Assembly (NCBI GenBank): GCA_048882485.1
Contig: JBHLRP010000033.1
Coordinates: forward strand, 14,764-34,092
From: Candidatus Thorarchaeota archaeon
Lineage (GTDB): Archaea > Asgardarchaeota > Thorarchaeia > Thorarchaeales > Thorarchaeaceae
Length of the DNA: 19,329 nt
Direction of reading: 5' to 3'
A model generated the notes under the pieces. It was not told the DNA's origin and ran no database searches. It worked only from the letters and a program-made list of their open reading frames with translations. Position 1 is the first letter of the stretch, and every line of letters starts with the position of its first letter. Below are positions 8,375 to 15,056 of this stretch, in pieces. A program made the translations under genes and the position numbers.

Positions 8375-10378
8375 ATGGAGCATGTCAGCGAGCCTCACTT
8401 TCGAAGAGGCACAGCACTTCTCGTCATCTCAGTCATCTTTGTTGCTGCTTTTTCTATTATCGTGATAATAGTCCCTTACAGTTCAGATCAACCTGACTTG
8501 AGTGTGAGAGTCTGCGTTATTGATTCAGGAATCAACAAGGACAACACATTGCGTTCTAGAGTAATTCTTGAAAGTAGCTTTATCAACACATCCTATGGGT
8601 ATTCTATTAATCTGAATTCAACTGCAGATAGTCTGCCACTATATACTCCTCATGGCACTTATGTGGCAAAGATAATCGCTCGTGATGCACCGGATGCAGC
8701 TATCGTGAATGCGAAGGTCGTCACTTCAAACAACACTGCAACTGTGGAATCTATTGTCGCTGCAATCCATTGGGCTGTCGAAGAAGCGGAGTGTGATATA
8801 ATCAACCTGAGTATTGGCACATATCCCTACGTTCAGGGAATGCTCCGTGAGGCAGTGAGATGGGCTTTCTACAGTGGAGTGACTATTGTAGCTGCGGCTG
8901 GAAACGATGGTCAGGGTGGAATCGCTGGAACCTCTGTCGATTCCCCCGCCGTCTATCCTGAAGTCATTGCTGTCGGAGCGGTGAATGAGGGCGGAATGCC
9001 CTATGACTTCTCCGCCCGAGGACCACTAAGAAACAGGACCGTCAAGCCAGACATCGCCGCGAACGGATTCTATTCCATAAATGGAGCTGCTGGAGTATTT
9101 GGCACAAGCTTTGCGGCTCCTGTGGTGGCTTCCGCGGCAGCAAACATAATCAATTTCTGTGAGGAGAATGAGTGGTCTTGGACCCCCGGAATGATAAAGG
9201 CTGTTTTAACATCAACTGCTACATACCTATCATCTGAGGCTTGGGAAGTTGGCGCTGGATTGTTGAACAGCGAGCGAGCCATTGAGCTTGTCAACAACGT
9301 AGCCAAGAGAAGCAGACTCCCTATGGTTGCATATCTGACACCTGCTACGGGACCATTCGTGTTTGAGAGATGGTTTGTAAACTCATCAACCATTATAACA
9401 GGTTCTGTATTCTGCAGCCGCAATACCTTATTCACCATTATCTATAGTGGTACTGCGGCTGAATGGGTTCACGGGCCAACGGCTATTCGAATCAATCAAA
9501 CAGGCTCATTCCAGTTCTCTATCGACATTATTAGTAATGAAACCCTAGAAGGTCTGACCCTAACTGTAACCCTTTCATCATCAGCCTATAGCAATTTACG
9601 TGCACGAATGACCTTTGACGCCGCACTTCCACTTGCGAGGATTGCATTTGATATCAGTCATACTCCTTGGTTGATGGATTCAATTTACGGTCAATTTCGA
9701 GAGATGTACTCACTACTGACATCTTCTGGAATCGCAGTTGAGGAGATCAGATTCGAGTCCGATATAACTCCTGGGAATCTTGGTCGCTATGATGCAATCT
9801 TCATCCTAGATCCCTGTGCTTGGGGATATAGGTATGAACAAGGAAATGTATGGTCAATGCAATCATTCACCTATTCTCAATCTGAGAAGGATGCATATCT
9901 TGGGTATTGGGAATCAGGAGGGAGTATTCTTGTTGTTGGGATGGGAAACAGAAGTCTTGATATGGAGTCGGCAAATAGTTTCCTCTCACTCTTTGGGTTC
10001 CAACTGAATTATGACCGCATTCCTAGAATTACAATTGAGGTGGGCGGCATATCTTCCACACTCCTTATCACAGATCTCATGAATCATACAACCACTGAGA
10101 ATATAGAATCATTCGATTTTGTTGGATGCTCGGTTAACTATACTGGCAATGCATATTCTTTGGCACAGGCGGAGCTGTCATTTTTGGATGAATACGGTGT
10201 AATTCATATTGAGAATTATACTGTGATGGCTGCTTTGGAGGGGGTGCTAGACGGACGAATGATTGTGTCGGGAACGAATTTCATGTTCGACAATTGGGGA
10301 GTAGAAGGATACTATCAATCAGAAGATAATGATCGATTTTTACTTCAGATAGCATATTGGTTGATTGGGGTGACCTAG
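8375..10378 (+). CDS. Membrane-anchored S8 (subtilisin) serine protease with C-terminal GIFT-like domain; Site-1 protease (MBTPS1)-like architecture
   Basis: N-terminal TM (aa ~14-33). Catalytic triad D50 (VIDSG), H93 (HGTYVA), S245 (GTSFAAP); oxyanion Asn in AAGND. C-terminal alpha/beta domain (IAFDISH..FREMY..GGSILVVG..GRMIVSG..FDN). Twelve N-x-S/T sequons. Confidence 0.92.
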   Translation: MEHVSEPHFRRGTALLVISVIFVAAFSIIVIIVPYSSDQPDLSVRVCVIDSGINKDNTLRSRVILESSFINTSYGYSINLNSTADSLPLYTPHGTYVAKIIARDAPDAAIVNAKVVTSNNTATVESIVAAIHWAVEEAECDIINLSIGTYPYVQGMLREAVRWAFYSGVTIVAAAGNDGQGGIAGTSVDSPAVYPEVIAVGAVNEGGMPYDFSARGPLRNRTVKPDIAANGFYSINGAAGVFGTSFAAPVVASAAANIINFCEENEWSWTPGMIKAVLTSTATYLSSEAWEVGAGLLNSERAIELVNNVAKRSRLPMVAYLTPATGPFVFERWFVNSSTIITGSVFCSRNTLFTIIYSGTAAEWVHGPTAIRINQTGSFQFSIDIISNETLEGLTLTVTLSSSAYSNLRARMTFDAALPLARIAFDISHTPWLMDSIYGQFREMYSLLTSSGIAVEEIRFESDITPGNLGRYDAIFILDPCAWGYRYEQGNVWSMQSFTYSQSEKDAYLGYWESGGSILVVGMGNRSLDMESANSFLSLFGFQLNYDRIPRITIEVGGISSTLLITDLMNHTTTENIESFDFVGCSVNYTGNAYSLAQAELSFLDEYGVIHIENYTVMAALEGVLDGRMIVSGTNFMFDNWGVEGYYQSEDNDRFLLQIAYWLIGVT

Positions 10379-10380
10379 AA

Positions 10381-10764
10381 TTAGAGCAGCGGAGCGATGC
10401 TGTCACAGGCTGTCTTTGCTGCGTAGACAAGCAGGCCAGTTTTCATACTTTTTGCTGCAGCCAAGACCAGAATCGCTTTCTCTCCGGCGCTTTTCATAAT
10501 CATGAGGCCTTTCTGATTCGTTAGGAGGACCTCTTCAAGCATTCCTTGCTCCATTCGTTCTGCTGCAAGGTCCGCAACACCCAAGATTGAAGCTGCCATT
10601 GCTGCGATTTCTGCCTCTTCAAGTCCCTGTGGAACAGCAGATGCAATAGGTAGGCCTTCTTTTGAAAGTAACATCCATGCCTTTACACCGGTGGCAAGTG
10701 AGGTCGCCTCTTCCATGATTTGCCGAAGCTTCCCCTGTAGCTCTTCGAATGCTGGGTCAAACAT
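10381..10764 (-). CDS. Roadblock/LC7 (MglB/LAMTOR-like) domain protein
   Basis: GVKAWMLLSKEGLPIASA, IAAMAASIL, LEEVLL...KG and GLL motifs. Start reassigned to ATG 10764 after a GGAGTGA SD (127 aa). Confidence 0.93.
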   Translation of the reverse strand: MFDPAFEELQGKLRQIMEEATSLATGVKAWMLLSKEGLPIASAVPQGLEEAEIAAMAASILGVADLAAERMEQGMLEEVLLTNQKGLMIMKSAGEKAILVLAAAKSMKTGLLVYAAKTACDSIAPLL

Positions 10765-10931
10765 GAAGGCCTCACTCCACACGTAAGGAACTAGCGGGAC
10801 TGAGATTGGTAAGCGTATTAATAAAGTTTGATAACATATCTTGGTTGTACAAATCAATGCGGCATCTATCCTATGATTGGAGAGCGGGAATGAGTCAAAG
10901 ATATGTTTTCTCCGCTTGCATGGTGAGTAAT

Positions 10932-11546
10932 ATGTTTGATATACACGAAATTAACTCGGGTATCGAACAAAGGTCACCCAGCGAATGGAAAAAGGGTGTT
11001 AGGGTTTTAGGTGTTTCAGAGAGCTTCAAACGCGAGGATGAAAAGAGCACTGCAGTGGGTGTCGTGATGAGGGGCGACATGCGGATAGATGGAATAGGAT
11101 TTTGCGAGCCTGAGGTAGGAGGTACAGATGCAACAGAGAAGCTAGTTGCCATGTATTCACGATTGGCAAGAGAAGACATCAGAGCGTGGTTGCTAGGTGG
11201 CTGCATTATATCATGGTTCAATGTCGTCGACTCTGTGAGGTTACACGAAATCACAGGAGTACCCGTTGTATGCCTATCTTACAATCCATCAGAGGGTATA
11301 GAGAGGTACCTCCGTGAATACTTCCCAGAGGACTGGCAGAATAGAATCGACACGATGGATAGGGGCGGTCAGAGGCAAGAGGTTTCTCTGAAAACCGGTC
11401 ACTCTGTATTTCTAACCACTTCTGGAATCACACTTGATAAGGCACAAAAGCTTGTGGATCAATTCACATTGGATGGTCGAGTTCCCGAGCCTATTCGTGT
11501 GGCAAGAATCATCGCGGCGGCGCGAAGACGTGATGGACTATTATAG
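10932..11546 (+). CDS. DUF99/UPF0215 family protein (endonuclease V-like fold)
   Basis: RVLGVSESF, GVVMRGD..IDG, GTDAT, WFNVVD and GRVPEPIRVARIIA motifs. ATG 10932 follows a GGTGA SD (ORF open from 10806). Confidence 0.88.
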   Translation: MFDIHEINSGIEQRSPSEWKKGVRVLGVSESFKREDEKSTAVGVVMRGDMRIDGIGFCEPEVGGTDATEKLVAMYSRLAREDIRAWLLGGCIISWFNVVDSVRLHEITGVPVVCLSYNPSEGIERYLREYFPEDWQNRIDTMDRGGQRQEVSLKTGHSVFLTTSGITLDKAQKLVDQFTLDGRVPEPIRVARIIAAARRRDGLL

Positions 11547-11547
11547 G

Positions 11548-12165
11548 TCAAGTTTCATTCTTGAGATGCTTTTCATGTTCCCCGTATAGCGACTTGTAGA
11601 TATCGACAGCTAATACAACATCCAATCTCTCCAGCCGCAGTCGACTCGATTCGAAGAAGCCCGCAAGACTGCTTGGTGCTACGCCTGCCCTCTCAAGTGC
11701 CACAGCATGGAAGAGCATGTCTAGAATATCACTTGAAATAGCAACTCGCGCTTCTAGAGAAGATACCTTCTGAATCTCATCCCAAAAGCTGAGCAGTGAT
11801 GATCCCACCTTGCCTAGCGGACCGAAGATTCTTGACATGGCTTGCGTTTCGGCTTTTGCTTTGATTCTCATCTGTATTTGGCTATCAGGAGCATACCGAT
11901 CAATGACTACATCCGATGTTTCAGACTCAGCAAGATCATGCAGAATTGCCATGGTCAGGATTTTGCCAATATCTATTTTGATCCCATTTTGCTCACACTG
12001 CTTTGCGAGGAGAAGTGAGATTAGCGCTGTACCAAATGAATGCTCAGCCACAGACTCGGATTGGCTTTTGTCAACACCCGCGAGAATCCAACCAGTTCTC
12101 TTCAGGTTCTTGAGGACCTCGCCTTTCATGGCTAGCTCAATAATCTCTTCTGTATTCATATTCAT
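11548..12165 (-). CDS. HD-domain hydrolase, HDDC2/YfbR-like 5'-deoxynucleotidase
   Basis: LK...RTGW, ESVAEHS, ILHDLAE..D, E..A and SLEAR......D.LDM motifs. Confidence 0.88.
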   Translation of the reverse strand: MNMNTEEIIELAMKGEVLKNLKRTGWILAGVDKSQSESVAEHSFGTALISLLLAKQCEQNGIKIDIGKILTMAILHDLAESETSDVVIDRYAPDSQIQMRIKAKAETQAMSRIFGPLGKVGSSLLSFWDEIQKVSSLEARVAISSDILDMLFHAVALERAGVAPSSLAGFFESSRLRLERLDVVLAVDIYKSLYGEHEKHLKNET

Positions 12166-12171
12166 CGCCCA

Positions 12172-12213
12172 TAAGATAGAGAAACGGGGGCATGCACCCC
12201 CTCAACTAATCTT
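12172..12213 (-). terminator. Stem-loop between the BMP and HD genes (terminator or mRNA-stabilising hairpin)
   Basis: Minus strand reads GGGGGU-GCAU-GCCCCC followed by GUUUCUCUAUCUUAU, with an outer AAGAU/AUCUU pair. It lies just after the BMP stop codon. Confidence 0.45.
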
Positions 12214-12218
12214 GTTTC

Positions 12219-13307
12219 CTAGGAGTCATCTACCGTAATTGTGCCGTTGATTATGTATCCAGCGTATTCCCAAGCGGCATCAATGTAAGTATCATCGACA
12301 ATTGTAGTACTGAACTCAAAGTCTGTAATGTTAACTCCCTGGTTGGCCAGATTGTAGTTCTCTGAGATTCCTCCAGGGAACATTTCCCACAATGTTGCAT
12401 TCACAATATTGACTGCAGCTGTATCATATCTCGGGACTACACTGGTCACGATCCAGCTGGGCCCTGATGCTACTAATGGGTTCCGATTTCCATAGTAGTC
12501 AAGATTCATCTCAGCCCCTATTACCAAAGGCCTTCTATTTGCCAATGCTAAGTCATGGAATGTATCGTTGGCTGCCAGCATTCCAGCCCTGACACCCTCA
12601 ATACTCGCTCTAACAGGCGCGAATATGATTGAACAGAAATCGGTGGTAAAGAGGGTGTTAGTCATTGTTTCAGCAGCTGCACTGTCATTGTAGCTACCCA
12701 CATATCGAGGTATAAGGACTTCCACATTCAGCCCATATGCTAGTATTGCAGTATCCACTCCCTGTTCAAAGCCCGCAATCATGCGGATGACATCGTAGTC
12801 AGCGGCTACTGAACCAAGTATTCCGATAGTACCGTTGTAAGGGTCTTCATCTGCAACCAATGCTGCAATGATTCCTGCAAGAAAGGCAGCTTCATGGATA
12901 TCAAATGTTGCGGATGCTACATTGTCAAGATTAACCATACCCCCAATAATGGCAAACTTCTGCGCGGGGTACTCATCTGCAACACGCTGGAGTTCATCCT
13001 GAAGTTCATGGCCCACGACAATAATCAATAGATAATTGCCAGAGGCTGCAAGACTCTCCATGAGTGCTTCTGCTTCAGCTTCTGTGGCGGGAGGATCAGG
13101 ACGATAATACTGCACCAATATATTCTCAGTTAATCCCTCATCCACTTGATCAGCTCTGCCCATATCTCCAAAACCTGGGTTCATTACAACAACTGCAATG
13201 GAAGCTGGCTCATACTGAGTTGTCAGAAACAAAATGCCGCCCACAGATCCAAAGACAATGACTACTATCACCATTGATGCTAGCGTACCTGACCTTGAGC
13301 TGCTCAA
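12219..13307 (-). CDS. BMP (basic membrane protein/PnrA-like) substrate-binding protein, TM-anchored, probably nucleoside-binding
   Basis: GFGDMG, LIIVVG, VADEYP.QKFAII, EAAFLAG.IAA, IGILG, GFEQG, YVGSYND and TSVV.RYD motifs. N-terminal TM. Start reassigned to TTG 13307 after GGAGG (13319-13315). Confidence 0.9.
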   Translation of the reverse strand: MSSSRSGTLASMVIVVIVFGSVGGILFLTTQYEPASIAVVVMNPGFGDMGRADQVDEGLTENILVQYYRPDPPATEAEAEALMESLAASGNYLLIIVVGHELQDELQRVADEYPAQKFAIIGGMVNLDNVASATFDIHEAAFLAGIIAALVADEDPYNGTIGILGSVAADYDVIRMIAGFEQGVDTAILAYGLNVEVLIPRYVGSYNDSAAAETMTNTLFTTDFCSIIFAPVRASIEGVRAGMLAANDTFHDLALANRRPLVIGAEMNLDYYGNRNPLVASGPSWIVTSVVPRYDTAAVNIVNATLWEMFPGGISENYNLANQGVNITDFEFSTTIVDDTYIDAAWEYAGYIINGTITVDDS

Positions 13308-13346
13308 GATGCGTCCTCCATCGTCGCTGTTCTCCAAGGTGGCTGT

Positions 13347-13433
13347 TCTTAAACCTATTGGCATGCGTAGGGTCATACATGCCTGAGCACAATAGCTGGA
13401 TGATAGAATCTTGGAGAGCATGAGTTATAAATA
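13347..13433. promoter_or_regulatory. Divergent archaeal promoter region (TATA-like TTTAAG on the - strand at ~13353-13348; TTATAAAT on the + strand at 13425-13432)
   Basis: AT-rich TATA-like boxes about 40-45 nt upstream of the BMP and tandem-Roadblock starts. Confidence 0.45.
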
Positions 13434-13468
13434 TCTGAAGTCCTAACCAGTGACTAGAGATTCGTGAG

Positions 13469-14194
13469 ATGAAGAATATGGCCCAGAGAACGCTTGCCGA
13501 GGTGGCCACCCTTCTTGAAGAAACACTGGAGATTCACAAGTCAGTGACACACGTTGTCCTCTCTACTAAAGAAGGTGTAGTTGTCGCATCAGTCTGCCGA
13601 GAAAATGAGATGGACTCGAAAATCATCTCTACGGTTGCCGCCGCACTTGTATGGGCAGGAGCTACTGCATTGGACTCCATTGGATCATCCAGCCCTGCAT
13701 ACCTTGTCCATTCAACAAGTATTGAACGTATCATCACAATTCTCCAACCAAATTACCTATTGGTAGTAATTGTATCGAAGGCTAATGATGCGGGTCTGGA
13801 TTTGCAGAAGATTTTGCCAACTCTTCAATCTCTAGCGACAAGAATGGAGCTTGTTATGGGCTCAACCAGCACTTTTGGGAAGCAGACTACATTGGGGCGA
13901 ATTGTTGAGGAACTTCCTGAAATAACTCAGACAATGCTACTGACAGAAGAGGGTCTTCCATTAGGATCAGTTGGATTTGAGAATACAATCGAGCTTGCTG
14001 GGCTTGCTAGTTCGATTTTTTCAAACGGCTTAACATTCTCCGAACAGACTGAGTATATCTCTTTCGCCGCTGGTACAACTGAGCTGATGGTAGTTCGAGT
14101 TGACGAGAATCGTCTCTTACTTGTCGCTTGCCGGGATCAGAATCCAGCTGAACTGGCATTAAAAGTGAGGAATATTTTGGACGGTCTATCCTAG
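13469..14194 (+). CDS. Tandem (two-domain) Roadblock/LC7-like protein
   Basis: Internal repeat: 'VTHVVLSTKEGVVVAS..IISTVAAAL' and 'ITQTMLLTEEGLPLGS..LAGLASSIF'. Both resemble the start of the single Roadblock at 10381-10764. The start could be ATG 13478. Confidence 0.75.
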   Translation: MKNMAQRTLAEVATLLEETLEIHKSVTHVVLSTKEGVVVASVCRENEMDSKIISTVAAALVWAGATALDSIGSSSPAYLVHSTSIERIITILQPNYLLVVIVSKANDAGLDLQKILPTLQSLATRMELVMGSTSTFGKQTTLGRIVEELPEITQTMLLTEEGLPLGSVGFENTIELAGLASSIFSNGLTFSEQTEYISFAAGTTELMVVRVDENRLLLVACRDQNPAELALKVRNILDGLS

Positions 14195-14196
14195 AA

Positions 14197-14898
14197 CTAC
14201 ACCTTAGCCTTTTCAGTAGGGACTTCTGCCTCCGCCATCTCTTCATCGTCAAAAAACTGGAAATCCCATTCTCTAAGATTGATAGTGATGAAACAATCCT
14301 TTCCCCTCTCAGGGCAGTCAATTCTGATAGTGACATGGTCTTCTGTTGATTCGCGGATTTCTGGATTTAGGCAGCCATCCTCAAGTTTCTCCAAAAGGAA
14401 CATAACAAATGCTTCTGAGATTGTATTCAGACTGCCCTCCATGAGTGCTTGGCCAAGTTCATCTAGGAAGTGCTTCTTCTTTCTGCCTTCCTTTTCAACT
14501 CTGCAAAGTCCGACCTCTTCCATTCTCGACACATGCCATCTGACGGTGTCATGATGAACCCCAAGGTTCTCCGCCATCTGCTCCTGGTAACAACCCGGAT
14601 TGTTAACTATAAATGCGAAGATCTTCTGAGCGGTTTCACTTCGCATTGTAAGATAAGCCATCTCTGCTTCTCTGGACCTGAGCATTTTTGGGTAATAGAG
14701 GCGCTTCCCAGCAAACTTGATTGATTTGACGAGCCCTTCGCGTTCCAGAATTCTGAGATGCCATGTAAGAGTGCCGAGAGGTGATTCGAGCATCTCAACT
14801 AGCTCTAGCAAATACGTGCCCGGATTTTCACAAAGGACCTGGTAAAGGTCTCTTCGGAACGGATGGAGAAGCAATGCCATGCGTTTCTGCCTTCCCAT
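14197..14898 (-). CDS. Double winged helix-turn-helix transcriptional regulator (ArsR/COG3398-like) with extra C-terminal domain
   Basis: Two repeats: 'ENPG....EL...L....GTLTWHL..LEREGLV' and 'NNPG....QMAE.LGVHHDTVRWHVSRMEEVGL'. Confidence 0.88.
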   Translation of the reverse strand: MGRQKRMALLLHPFRRDLYQVLCENPGTYLLELVEMLESPLGTLTWHLRILEREGLVKSIKFAGKRLYYPKMLRSREAEMAYLTMRSETAQKIFAFIVNNPGCYQEQMAENLGVHHDTVRWHVSRMEEVGLCRVEKEGRKKKHFLDELGQALMEGSLNTISEAFVMFLLEKLEDGCLNPEIRESTEDHVTIRIDCPERGKDCFITINLREWDFQFFDDEEMAEAEVPTEKAKV

Positions 14899-14942
14899 CT
14901 TAAAACCTCTCGTCCTGCTCCCTCACAATCATCAATGAAGGG

Positions 14943-15010
14943 TAATAAAAGGGCTTCTGTCTTTGGTCCAAATTCGTACATATATCCAACATGCAGAATC
15001 CTTAATTAAG
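14943..15010. promoter_or_regulatory. Divergent promoter region wHTH/glmS (TTTTATTA on the - strand at 14950-14943; palindromic CTTAATTAAG at 15001-15010)
   Basis: TATA-like boxes about 45-50 nt upstream of each start codon. Confidence 0.4.
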
Positions 15011-15056
15011 CCATCACAGGGTGTACAACTATCTGCGCTACCAACGAGGGTCTACT

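Noticed and set aside
14899-15056. glmS ribozyme upstream of glmS
   Set aside because: No recognisable conserved core, and only about 45 nt separate the TATA-like box from the start codon.
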